64,000 bases of DNA from Octopus vulgaris (Eukaryota), in contig OX597817.1 of NCBI GenBank assembly GCA_951406725.2, positions 20,956,001-21,020,000 of the forward strand, given 5' to 3'. Shown piece after piece: positions 14,104-27,922 of this stretch. Both the position numbers and the translations under genes were made by a program. How positions within the stretch are numbered: position 1 is the first letter of the stretch; every line of letters starts with the position of its first letter. Under the pieces are notes generated by a model. That model worked only from the letters and a program-made list of their open reading frames with translations, made no database searches and was not told the origin of the DNA.

Positions 14104-14185
14104 CTAAAAGAAATTCAAAGTAGCAGTTGTGTTGTAAATAGTATCGAGTGCTCATACACAGTTTTGTATTTCGTTTATTCGGCAG

Positions 14186-14292
14186 TTCGATGCCTTATAG
14201 CACCTGGGGGAAGATACACTCATTACGCTGGATATATAAATCCTGTCAACGGAGATAGCTCGTTTCCCATGCCTATCACGCGTGATGCATAC
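14186..14292 (+). CDS. Candidate internal coding exon of an unidentified host gene (xRCLIAPGGRYTHYAGYINPVNGDSSFPMPITRDAY)
   Basis: Polypyrimidine acceptor ttttgtatttcgtttattcggcag, donor AC|gtaagt, one open frame, non-repetitive composition. Confidence 0.4.
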
Positions 14293-14611
14293 GTAAGTGT
14301 TCTTACACCGTATATTTATAGAGTCATAGACTGGCAATAAGATTCGTCCACGGTTCAAAAATATAAATGGATAAAAACAGTATCCATCACCCCTAAATGA
14401 GAACGGAGGTACGTTGCATCCCTTGCCAGAGTAATGACGGAGTTATACTCCAGGTACTATTCCGCAGTGAGCTGCCGAAGAAACAAAACATTCAATGAGT
14501 ATGTGCGGTCGATAAAGTTTACAACACTAGCGCTGGTTTTAATTTTTTAATTCGTAGTTCAGACATACTCACAAACACACACACATATATATATCTACAC
14601 ACATACATACT

Positions 14612-14672
<61 letters not shown>

Positions 14673-15158
14673 ATACATACATATACACATGTATATATAT
14701 ATGTATATATATGGATACAGGACATCACCAATTGTGTAAGCAACAAGAAATGCGTAGACAAGCGAGTTAAATACGTAAACAACGAGAGAAAAAATTGAAA
14801 ACAAGACAAGGAAACAGAGACATATCCTTTTGTCAGTGGTGGCTGGGTATATACTCCTCATTTCGAGCATTCAACAACAATATGGATCTTCAAAGAAAGT
14901 CGCTCCCATAAATTCTAAAATACAATTTAGGATTTATGGAGGGTCAAAGTCGGGAACAAAAACAAGACAGTGGAAACATACTAGGAAACCAACCGAAAAC
15001 AAATATAGAGAGCCGTTTGACCAGAAAAAGAAGCAGTCACTGAACAGTGAGAGAAATATATTATAGTTATACCAAAGAAATATAATCGTATAAGGTATGT
15101 TTGCATTTTAGTTCTGTTTCCTACCGGTGTTCAGTGAAAAACTAAAACACGCCTAAAA

Positions 15159-15223
<65 letters not shown>

Positions 15224-15226
<3 letters not shown>

Positions 15227-15742
15227 AAATCTCTGAGTGAGTTATAAACAGTAGTTGCACGACATTGTGAAGTATACTTGCCACTTAAGTGTGTCAATAG
15301 CCAGCTCGAGGTGATATCTTCCTGGGGTTACAAGCTACAGTAGAATCAACCCTTAAGGGTTAGCCACATTTAAGCGGCAATTATACGTCACCATGTCGTG
15401 CAGCTGCTATTTATACCTCGCTCAGATATTTATTATTGTTTGCTTCCACTTTTTCGCCACTGGAAAAATAAGACATTTATATTTGCATTAAGAACACAAC
15501 TTCACATCGCAACCATTGGTTGTCACTCGCTGATGACGGATCAATTATCTAGAAACCCGGGTCTATGTGTTTCTCGTCAGCCTGGAGATGGGAAGGATGA
15601 CTTCCCTTTGCAAATACTGATAGGCCACAGAAAGTGTGTCATTAGCCAGCTGGACGAGATATTTTCCTGGGTCTACAAGCTACAGTAGCATCAACCCTTA
15701 AGGGTTAGCCATATTTATGTGGCAATTATACTTCACCATATC
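15224..15742 (+). mobile_element. Hammerhead-containing non-coding element, family B (345-bp unit, 111-bp terminal direct repeat, 5' inverted piece), in (TA)n
   Basis: 15287-15397 repeats at 15632-15742; 15224-15288 is an inverted copy of ~15370-15432; hammerhead inside. Confidence 0.8.
15524..15569 (+). ncRNA. Type-I hammerhead ribozyme, family B
   Basis: CUGAUGA-C-GGAU CAAUU AUCU-A-GAA-ACCCGGGU-C|; palindromic stem III; stem I degraded here but pairs in the 48762 copy. Confidence 0.72.
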
Positions 15743-16037
15743 TATATATATATATATGAATGTTACACGTAGTGTACAGAAATTGAATATTGAGAAAAAA
15801 CGTCGTATTGTGGAGAAAAAATATCTTTATAATTCTTCATTATTATTGACACTTTCATTCGTTTTTCAAACTTGTCAAATATAATCTTGTAATTGTACAA
15901 ACAGCTTGTTCATTTATAGAAAACGTGTTTTTTGCCTTATTTTTGTTTGTTTAGAAACAAAATTGTTTTTGTTTTTTGTGGGGTTATGGTTTCATGACAA
16001 TTGAGATATATTTATAGATAGATAGATAGTCAGAAAG

Positions 16038-16458
<421 letters not shown>

Positions 16459-16503
16459 GATAGATAGATAGATAGATAGATAGGTAGAGAGATAGATAGA
16501 TAT

Positions 16504-16543
<40 letters not shown>

Positions 16544-16544
16544 G

Positions 16545-16611
<67 letters not shown>

Positions 16612-16653
16612 GTAGGTAGGTAGATAGATAGATAGATATATAGGTAGATAGAT

Positions 16654-17730
16654 ATGTTTCTTTATTAGCCACACAGGGCTGCACACAGATAGAACAAATT
16701 ACAAGGTAGAGCTTTTCTTTTGGGGGAAAAAAAAAAAAAAAAGGAAGTGGTGGTTTTCGATCAAAAGGGATCGTAAAAGGAAAGAAAAAGGACAAAAAAA
16801 GGGAGGGGTTAAAAAAAAGGGGGTGAGAAAAAAAGAAATAAAAAAAAAAAATAAAAAATGAATAATAGGGATCGTTATCACAGAAATGTCAATTTGAAGT
16901 GTAAAGGGGAGGACAGGTGAGGTTTACCCGTGGAAAGAAAAGCCTACGGAAAAGACCACGGTAACCTCGGTCAATGAAGTCACATGTTATATTTTTTTTT
17001 TTTTTTTTTTGCAAATAAGCAACTCTCTGTATTAATTTTTATGGTTCATAGAATCTAGTCAAGGTGGCTTCGTCATTCATACGTGCCATCCTTGCTACAT
17101 TCACCCATCTTTTTTTAAAACATTCACTAGACAAAACCTGCCTCTCTACTCTCACTTTCCTCTTCAAGTGATACTTGAAGAAGTTGATGAGATATTGACC
17201 AGAGAGGAAAGTGTTTGTCTCTAATCCTTTCAGGCGCGTCCACCAGATACATTCTTTCGCCATAGCCACAAGTATGATAAAAATAGCTCTTCCTTCCCGT
17301 TTGAAGGAAGGAGGCGTGACGATATTAACGATAGACTCGGCTGATAAACCGACACGTCCCTCACGTGACAGCAGTCGTTCGACATAAGCCCACAGGTCGG
17401 AAATTGCTGGACGCTGCACGATTGCGTGCAGAGCGGTTTCGTCGCTCTGCCCGCATCTCGGGCAGATCGGCCCCGTGTTTCTCGAGCCATGCCTACAGAG
17501 CTTATCCTGAACGGGTAGCGCTTCTCGGTAGCACCGCCAGGCCAGGGATCTCTGGAAGTTGTCCATAGGTCCCGGGCCGAAAGTCGTTTGAAACAGGCGG
17601 GTCAGGTATTCCTCGTCGACGCCCAGGTTTTCCCCGAGCTCATCATCGTACCTCCCCTCCACTAATCTCCTATAGAATGCTTTGGTTGTGTTGAAGTCAC
17701 TCAAGGTCGACCCGGGACGGCAGAGTTGAG
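16654..17730 (-). mobile_element. Tx1/L1-clade non-LTR retrotransposon 3' end (zf-RVT domain + 3' UTR), 5'-truncated, in (GATA)n
   Basis: ORF 17039-17704: AWRCYREALPV..CPRCGQSDETALH....W..V, ECIWWTR, FKKRW. AATAAA precedes the (TATC)n junction; GATA repeats on both flanks. Confidence 0.85.
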
Positions 17731-17793
17731 ATAAATAGATAGATAGATGGATAGCTAGCTAGCTAGCTAGATAGATAGATATATAGATAGATG

Positions 17794-17866
<73 letters not shown>

Positions 17867-18129
17867 GGAGAGGCAGAGAGAGAAGGGGGATCCCCCTTCC
17901 TATTCACCATTCATTTATTTATTTAGTCATTTACAATTGTATTAGAATAGGTTTAAGAATGGTGACCTCTTCAAAAAACAGGTGTGTTGTGGTCATCAAG
18001 GAAAATGTTTTTGCTTTCTCTCTCTTTTCCCCTTTTTTTCTCCTTTTTAAAACGTTTTGTCTATTCATCCTCATTTCTCTTTCATTCTTTTCTCTTCTTA
18101 CCTTCTTTTTTCCTCTTTATAATACAATT

Positions 18130-18370
18130 TATTTTTACGATCCTTTCTAACATTTCGCCTAAGAGTCCGACGGTCCCTATCTGAAAGAGTAGGTCTTCTT
18201 GGGGAGTTTTGTTTCGACGAGGAGGTTTTTCCCTCTTTCTCAAAGAATGTCATTACATTCAAGACAGTACTTCTTGATACACCAAATATTTCGGCTGTTT
18301 TCGTTACTCTAGAACCTGCCATACGAGCACCGAGAATTTTACATCTTTAAAAGTCCGATAGATCTGTGAT
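18130..18370 (-). mobile_element. Tc1-type transposase N-terminal HTH relic
   Basis: TDLSDF*RCKILGARMAGSRVTKTAEIFGVSRSTV..GKTSSSKQNS.R.P.LSDRDRRTL. Confidence 0.85.
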
Positions 18371-18879
18371 TTTAATGAATTTTGATTACATTTTTTATAT
18401 TTATAATACAAAATTCAACAGTCTCACCTTTTCTTTCAAACTTTCAATTTCGGAGAGACTTATTTGATGATATGTAGTTCTGCATGAAATTACAAATCGT
18501 TCATAACATTAAAATTTAAGTATGTCTGTTGTACAGGTTAATGGACGTTCATTGTGTACTAAAATATATCCAGTTAAGAAGAATAATAAGTGAGTGTAAT
18601 TGTTAAGGAAGACGGCCAACTCCATTATTCCACATTTTAAATAAGCTATTCATTCTATACATCTAAAATATTACCAGTTCTAGACCCAAGCATGTAAAAA
18701 AAAATTAATAATTAAACCAATGTAGAAACAAAAGATAAACTATGCAGAAAATGTTGTCATTCAAAGATACATTATGTTTAGTTTCACTACGGAATAGTCT
18801 CAGGTGACGCCCTTTTGCTTATTTATTTATTTATTTGATATTCTTTCAATCAAAATGCAGTGTATAACAGGAAGATATG

Positions 18880-19698
18880 ATCGTAATATCGGGGACTCCC
18901 AGTGTGCAGAACTAGAATGGTGATTAAAGCGAGGTTCCTTTTTTACAAACAATTGAGAACAGAAATATCTATTAGATTAAAGATTTGATCCAAATTTGGT
19001 GGATTATAATATTGTGCAATTAGAGGAATTTTCAGCTCAGAACATTGAGCCCATTTCAGAATTGGATTTGAGGATTAGATTCTTCATCAGTAGAATCATC
19101 AGACTTCAAGTCATCGATGTCATAGTTTTTGTAAAAACTTGTCTGTGGTGTCATTTCATAACTTTCATTTTTTTTTTATCAGATCTGGAAAAATCTGTAG
19201 GGTTATCAATGGCAATAGTGGTATTGTGGTTAATTCCTTTTTGGCATGCAGTGCATTCTGAACCAAGTAGCTTTTGGATTTGTTGATCATTCTCAAGTTC
19301 TATTTTCTGGCAAATTCTGTTCATAAAGCAATCGTTACCTTTCTATTTCTCGAAACCGACTTCAGACCTGCTTCTTAAGCCGGTTGTTTTCTTTTAAATA
19401 ATGTTCGCGTTCAGCACATTGATTAGCCAATTCCTTTACTCTTTCTACTTTAAAGCGAAGTCTTTCTTTCTCTCGTATTTCTTCAAAACATTTTCGTTTC
19501 TCTAAATCAATAAACTTATCTCTTTCAGCTTCTAATTTCCTTTCCCTTTGTTCTTCAGGTTTTCATTTCACTTCAGCGGCCTTTTTCAACCTCTGATGAT
19601 CTTCAAACTCCTTCTACCTCTGGAGAATGGATTACTGTCGCATTTGTTACTTCTCGTTGCTCTTTCATTTTCTGATTTCGTTCTTTCACTTCCATTCG

Positions 19699-19700
<2 letters not shown>
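18880..19700 (-). pseudogene. INCENP: Decayed intronless INCENP (inner centromere protein) copy: ER/K-rich helix + C-terminal IN-box
   Basis: Translation across frameshifts and stops gives ..EEQRERKLEAERDK..EKERLR.. then SYEMTP..NYDIDDLKSDDSTDEESNP/PILKWAQ.SEL...LIAQYYNPPNLDQIF/LFVKKEPRFNHHSSSAHWESP, matching the IN-box pattern (SDDSTDDE..P.KPIP.WA..QYY.PP..F..KPRY.KR.SSA.W.SP). Confidence 0.85.
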
Positions 19701-19763
<63 letters not shown>

Positions 19764-19766
<3 letters not shown>

Positions 19767-20085
19767 TAAGTAGTTGAATGAATTATCCTAGTATGGATAA
19801 TTCGGTTAACCGATACCCGGGTAGCAAATTTACGTCAGAAAGCACGGTTGAAGCTACATGCCAAGGGCAGAAATCACGTGCTTTCGTGTGGAAATTTGTG
19901 TGTTTTTTTACTATAGATAAATGAAAGAATGGAGTCGAACTACGATTTAACAAAATTCCTTTATTCTCGACATATGTTTCGAAGACTGCATATTCTTAAT
20001 TCTGAAGGAATAAAGGGAGCATTATGCCGTCTTCTCATCAGAAAAGACAAGGAACTTATGTCAGCTGACATAAGTTCCTTGTCTT
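19764..20085 (-). mobile_element. Hammerhead-containing non-coding element, family C, ending in (TA)n with a 42-bp perfect palindrome at its 5' junction
   Basis: Hammerhead followed by AATAAA; palindrome at 20044-20085. Confidence 0.7.
19964..20045 (-). ncRNA. Type-I hammerhead ribozyme, family C (canonical core)
   Basis: UUUU-CUGAUGA-GAAGAC.GCAUA...UAUGC.GUCUUC-GAA-ACAUAUGU-C|GAGA; GUC cleavage triplet; palindromic stem III. Confidence 0.85.
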
Positions 20086-20201
20086 CAGGTCATCAGGTCA
20101 CATAAACAAGTATGAAAATATATCGTTTCTAATGGACGCATGGTCTTCCCGCGTATGTTCCAACAAAAAGTTCGCAAATTCAAAATTAACGACACACGTA
20201 C

Positions 20202-20312
<111 letters not shown>

Positions 20313-20316
20313 GGAT

Positions 20317-20396
<80 letters not shown>

Positions 20397-20940
20397 TGTA
20401 TTTTACGTGAATTTTACGTGAATTGACATATATTTACAATGCGTTTCTTTTGCTGCGCGTCTGTACACAACATATGCAGATATGCTCATTCAGTCTCTTG
20501 CAATTCTATCCAGTTGCAATTGATACCAGATATGCTATACCTTTTATTTCTTATGAAATAAAGCAAACACAAACTTCAGCAGCGCATGTTTGAATGAGAA
20601 ATGTTCTGTTTCTGACACTCTAGAACTGAAGAAATGTGCAAGTTATCTTGTGATCACACATTTAAGAAATTCGTAGCTGAACGAATCAATAAGTTGTCAA
20701 AAGAAGGGTGTAAATGATAGATCTCCCGATAAGCAAGCTACTCCATGCTCAGTTGACCTGCCTAGAATTAAGTACATTTTCTTCAAGTGCAAAAAATGTG
20801 TGATTTCACGTTACTTCAGAAAAGGATTTTATCGGTATCCATGTGAGAGTTGTAATATTTGAAGCATCCTAGTAAACCAAAAATTCAAATCCCTGACTGG
20901 AATCGACTTAAGTCAACACACAAACGCTCACATACACGTG

Positions 20941-20981
<41 letters not shown>

Positions 20982-21018
20982 ATATATGTATATATAAATT
21001 TATATATATATATATAGA

Positions 21019-21149
<131 letters not shown>

Positions 21150-21155
21150 TCAACA

Positions 21156-21189
<34 letters not shown>

Positions 21190-22551
21190 TATGTATGTAT
21201 GTAACTATCTATCTTCAGACACTGCAGTAAACAAAAAACTACCAAATTATACTGTTATATATGCGTTTTAAAAGAACAAGTTGTCAACTACAGGATTTAC
21301 TGGAACAACTTAGCCAAGAGTAAACCTCACACCGACGGTAGTGGCAAGGGCAGTTCTTGTAATATGAAAAAATGGCTCGTCTGGGAAATTTCCTTGGACT
21401 CCGCTACCGGTCTAAATTCAAGAACTGAACTTTTTGGTTCATATCCTTATGTAACAAAATACCTGTTATATATTTTGTGTCCCCAAGATCACGGCTAGAA
21501 TCCATTTTTTTACTGTTTCTGCACAATCTATTTCCCTGTTTTAACTTCCATTAATTTTTTATTTTTTATATATGTATAGTTTTTCGTTTTTTCCTTTCTC
21601 CTTTTTAATTTTGTGAATGTGTACGTATGTGTGTATATGTATGTATATACTTTACATGCATATGTGTGTGTGCGTGTATATATTTGTGTATCTCTACATG
21701 TATGTATATGCGTGTAAGACAAACATTGCACACTCGGAAAACATGCTCAGTACATGCACACGCATGTGCACACACACACACACACATACGCACACACACG
21801 CATACACACTGGAACGCATATACATAAGCAAACACTCGCAAATTTACACACATACATAGAGAACATTTACATTCACAGAAATTACCCAACCACATTACAC
21901 GCACACTAGACCACACAAGCGCACGGGTTGCATGCACTTCTACTCTGTTGTTCTCACCCATTCCAGACATGAGCTAAACCCATTAATATTTATAGGATGA
22001 CAAGCATATCCCAGCAGATCTAAGATCAAGATCAGAAGCAAAATACCCAATGCTCAAGGAAGTCACGGATGGTTAATATACACACACTGATAAAATACAA
22101 ATATGCATGCTGTCAAGTCAGCGAGTTTACACTTAAAACTACAAAAAAATAACCACAATAAAACTCTGCCTTTATTCTCACACACCCATTCTCTTCTAAA
22201 CAACTACACATTTAAACAGACATATACGGACATACATACACTCCGTCATAAGACTAATCCTCAGATAGAAGCAATGTAGAACTTGAATAGAGAAGTTATG
22301 TCAATGATAAGTTTGCGAATAGCAACGAAAAGACATTGACAAACAAACAACCAATTGATAGTGATTCGACGCGTTAAAGCAATAATCTATTACTTTTCCT
22401 GGTTATATATATTAACCCATTGACTAAAAATAAAGAAGTGATATTGAACCAATGGGTGTATTTTTGTTATTAGCTGAATGACCGTCTCAAGGGACAACAA
22501 ATTTTTTTGACAACTCATATATTCGAACAAATACATATATACATATATAAA

Positions 22552-22756
22552 GTTAATCCAAAACAAGAAAACACAAAAAAAACACAGCAACGCGAGGACG
22601 TGGAATAAATAAAGTATTATTGGACGCTCAGGAAAGAAGGGAAGAAGGAGGGTGTAACGTTTCGAGCGGAGCTCTTCGTCGGAAACATAGGAGAAGGAAA
22701 GATCCCGAGAAGGGAAGACAGAAGAAAAAAAAAGCTGGCGGTACTCACAGGTCACA
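22552..22756 (-). mobile_element. Family A Penelope tail (solo) with hammerhead at 22652-22686
   Basis: Highly similar to 8361-8540; core CCGACGA-A-GAGC UCC GCUC-GAAACGUU. Confidence 0.85.
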
Positions 22757-22767
22757 TATATACATGT

Positions 22768-22865
<98 letters not shown>

Positions 22866-22966
22866 GGCATTTGAATATAACTACGAGTATAATAGGCCAA
22901 ACTACTCGTATTTTTGACCTCGTATTAATATTTGGCGTGCAGTTCGACAAATTATATTTTATGACG

Positions 22967-23045
22967 AATCTCACTGATGATCTGTGGATTCATTTTGTAT
23001 GTAAAATGTCATAATTTATTAACAGTGAAACAATTGTTTGGGGTT
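22967..23045 (+). ncRNA. Type-I hammerhead ribozyme, family D, inside a (TA)n-flanked element 22865-23200
   Basis: AAUCUCA-CUGAUGA-U-CUGU...ACAG-U-GAA-ACAAUUGU-U|UGGGGUU; 7-bp stem I with 2 G-U pairs; palindromic stem III. Confidence 0.78.
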
Positions 23046-23200
23046 AATCAATATTTTTGTTATTTTTCATTTGTCCTGCTCGCTTACGTTCTTAGTCTGC
23101 TAAATTCTCCTTGAGAACAATTCTTAGTGGTTGAGACCCTTGTGGATCTATCTTTAGCGTAAGATCGTCCACATAGTGGATTTTCTCTCATATTTGTATA

Positions 23201-24134
<934 letters not shown>

Positions 24135-24177
24135 CACATACGTACATGCTATATATATATACATACATATTTTTATT

Positions 24178-24415
24178 GAGCAGTGCAAGCCATCAAAGTG
24201 ACAATGGGACAATATTTACGAAGCCCAGTATACCCATCATGATTACCAGTCTGATAAGGGTATACCAGGCACATACATCAGAGCCTTATGTGTGCGACAT
24301 GGTGATGTTAATTCACGATTAACTGCGCATGACCTTGCATATGGGACCCAGTTACAAAGTTTTTCGTGTAACCCATCTCACTCCAAATGTCCCTCAATAA
24401 GCGTTGGTTAATGAT
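24178..24415 (-). mobile_element. Diverged 3' fragment of the 555-bp (TAA)n-tailed retroposon
   Basis: gccatcaaagtgaca..acgaagccc..tatacccatcatga..ctgataagggta..ccaggcaca shared with 31295 and 33421. Confidence 0.8.
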
Positions 24416-24471
24416 CTATGTACGTATATATATATATATATGTATGATAGATGGAGATACATTTACATGCA

Positions 24472-24508
<37 letters not shown>

Positions 24509-24537
24509 GTGTGTGTGTGTGTGTGTGTGTTTAAGCC

Positions 24538-24604
<67 letters not shown>

Positions 24605-27011
24605 AGCAGAGAGAGAGAAAAAGGGAGAGAGAGAAAGAGCAAGAGAGAGAGAAGGACGGGATACATATATATATAAGCATGCAAATATTTACACAAATAT
24701 AAAGGAAAATAGGTGGATATACTTAGTTGACAATATGGCTTAATACTGAATAACAAGGATATCTACCTCATGATTTTGGGTACAGCTTTACATTTATGTA
24801 GGAATGCACTGACAGCAACTATCACAGTAAATTCAAGCCTACGACACATCACATAAACTATATTCTTGTCTTTCTATCTTTTGTGCTATACTTGAATTGT
24901 ATACAGCATTATATTCATGCTATATTATGGAGAATAATTCTTGATGTAATTGTGAATAAAGATCGATGCGAGTATTTGCTTACAATAAAACATACCTAAT
25001 GTATTAATGGATTCTAACAACTGAACTACACATACTAGAATTAATAACAATAACAAACGATGTTATGTATAATAGGATTCTTTTTAAGATTTTTCAATTT
25101 GTATAAAGAAACAGATTATGTTTATAAAGATTGTCGTATCATAACTTCCTCTATGACATACTTTATTATACATTAATCGGATGTTGTTACAATGGCTTTC
25201 CGTAAAAGGAAAGAACAATATATGTGCATTACAAAAATCGCTAGTTCCAATGACACTTGAATATTGATGTCTGAACTTAAATTATTTTAAAACACGCAAT
25301 TAGCGTTCCTATCTTTAAGATCATTGTCGATATCAAGAGAAAGATTTTCCTATCAATAACAATGCTTTATAGAAAATGAATGCCAACCACAATTAGATTC
25401 TGTACTTATTATTTACAATTTACCTTACAAGATAGAACATGTGACTTGAGTATAAATACTCATAAATACAAAGAAACCGAAATCTCTATCATCGCGTATA
25501 TTCATTCTTTGTCTCTTTTCCTCTCTCCCTTTTAATCTATTTATGTAGATAGCTTAAAACGTATGAACGTATACTTTCACATGAACATGTAGTAGAGAGA
25601 GACATAAACGCAGTTAATACCATGCACACGCACACGCAAACACATGTAGCTATATGTATACATGTGTTTCGGTAAATAGATAAGTAGATGTGTATATAGT
25701 TAGTCTTATGTACGTGGCCAGGAAGATTGGTAGGCTGGTACTAAAGTGCACACCACCTTACCAATGAGTATGGGGCCCTGGTTAATTGGCCCTACAATAA
25801 CTCTATATTCAACTGCGATATAACATCTAAGGATTTGACAAAGTCAACTTTCGAATCGGTTTACGGAGAAATGCAGGAAAAACATGTTTGATAATGATAT
25901 GACGTTCTACATACATTATTTTTAATCAATCTATCACATATTGCTGAGAAAAATTATGTCAAGAACTACTATATATATTATGTGGGTAAGCTCATGAATA
26001 GCAATGTATAGATACTTAAAATACACAGGCACAGGCAAACACACATACATAAACACTAACAAATGCACACACACACATATTACGCACCTACGTATAATTA
26101 TGTGCATATGGGTAATTCATGAATAAATTTTTGCTGAATTTGTCTTTCAAATTCTTGTACAATTCTTGTACTTATATTCCCGTAAGTTTCTCAATCTCAT
26201 TCCTCTCTCCCACTTTCTCTCTCTCTCTCTCTCACTCACTGTTTTACACTCTCGTGATTAAACATTCACATACGCACATATACACACGCACATTTGTCAC
26301 TCACACACGTGTAATAAAATAGGTACACTTAAATTTGTGTGTTTGGGTTCATATACGTAAGATGTCAACATATATTTGTGAACCTGTATCTACGAACGGA
26401 AGAAGGCGAATATATACCTCTTATTGCTGGGTACGTACTCTTTTGAGATGTGAAAACATTAGTGGGTGATTGGCGCATTTAATCACGGCAAATCATCCAA
26501 TATTCTCTACGTAAATACACGCTGAGAATATATATGTGAATGTGTTTACGCATGCATGTAAGTGCCTTATATATTTGTCATGTGCCTGTGAAACAGGATT
26601 TCATATATTTCAATTCCTTCAGTTAGTTAGCACGCAGTTGATATTACACATGAGCTCACAACTGACAGCAACATTGATTAAATGAACTTTTGGTTCGGGT
26701 CATATAAAACCTTGTAAACTATATATATATATATATATGCAGGAAATGTGAAGAAAATGCGAGTGTAATGACCAGTTCCTGGCATTTATATTACGAAATA
26801 TCTGCGTGTGGGTGTATGCCTATTTGTAGTCAAAGTTATCTCAATTGAAGTCCCGATAAAAAGTGTAAGAACAAACATCAAAATAACAGAAAAGTTGTCA
26901 GAGACGTAGCATAGTTTGCAAGAAGATAAAATGAAACGTTTCGTAGACAAATTGACATAATTATACATACGCTTAGTAGAACATTGTACTTGTGAAGAGA
27001 AATCATAAAAA

Positions 27012-27415
27012 TGTGTGGTATGTAGCTTGCTTACCAACCACATGGTTCCGGGTTCATTCCCACTGCGTGGCATCTTGGGCAAGTGTCTGCTACTATAGCA
27101 TCGGGCCGACCAATGCCTTGTGAGTGGATTTGGTAGACGGAAACTGAAAGAAGCCTGTCGTATATATGTATATATATATGTAGGTGTGTGTATGTGTTTG
27201 TGTGTCTGTGTTTGCCTCCCTAGCATTGCTTGACAACCGATGCTGGTGTGTTTACATCCCCGTCACTTAGCGGTTCGGCAAAAGAGACCGATAGAATAAG
27301 TACTGGGCTTGCAAAGAGTGAGTCCTGGGGTCGAGTTGCTCTACTAAAGGCGGTGCTCCAGCATGGCCGCAGTCAAATGACTGAAACAAGTAAAAGAGTA
27401 AAAGAGAAAAGAGAG
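27012..27415 (+). mobile_element. CORE-type SINE, slightly 5'-truncated
   Basis: Same consensus as 13643-14058 and 63125-63532. Confidence 0.9.
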
Positions 27416-27459
27416 TATATGTATAAATAAGCGTATATATGTATTATGTCTATATGTGT

Positions 27460-27922
27460 GTATCCATGTGTTTTCACACCCCGAGATTATGGAGGTGTCG
27501 ATTGACAATTGTTTATGAAGGATCAATTCCTACGGACAATGAACGGGTGTTTGTGTTTCGCTGTAGCTTAACCTGTGAAAAAGCTCGAAAAAGTAACGCC
27601 TCATCTTCCACATAAGGTTTCCCTGGCCTTGATTTGTCATAGAGGTTTGTGCTTCTGTCCTTGAAACGTTTGAAATGGGTTTCTGTCACACATACATTGA
27701 CTGTTCCCGGGAAGTACAGATCGCTCATTTTCTTCGCGCTGTCCTTGAACTCAATCCTTCTTTTCACCACACTTTATCAAAGCTTTAAAATAAAGAATGT
27801 AAAAATTATGTTTACCTGTAACAAAAATTTAAAAAAATTAAACGTTTCAACAACAATTGGTCAACACATGATTGGTCAAAAATGATCTGTTAATGTCCAA
27901 AACTTATTGGCTTAACCTGGTA
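27460..27922 (-). mobile_element. Mariner relic (5' TIR + HTH)
   Basis: TA|CCAGGTTAAGCCAATAAGTTTTGG terminus; PGTVN...HFKRFKD.STNLYDKSRPGKP.VEDEAL. Confidence 0.75.

Noticed and set aside
15841-15885. Degenerate hammerhead-like motif (TTGACAA..GAAAGTGTC), and similarly 48094-48134
   Set aside because: Two core substitutions and weak stems; counted only as possible relics and not annotated.
19081-19101. CTGATGA words on the minus strand resembling hammerhead cores
   Set aside because: They encode SDDSTDEE of the INCENP IN-box; no stem II/GAAA geometry.
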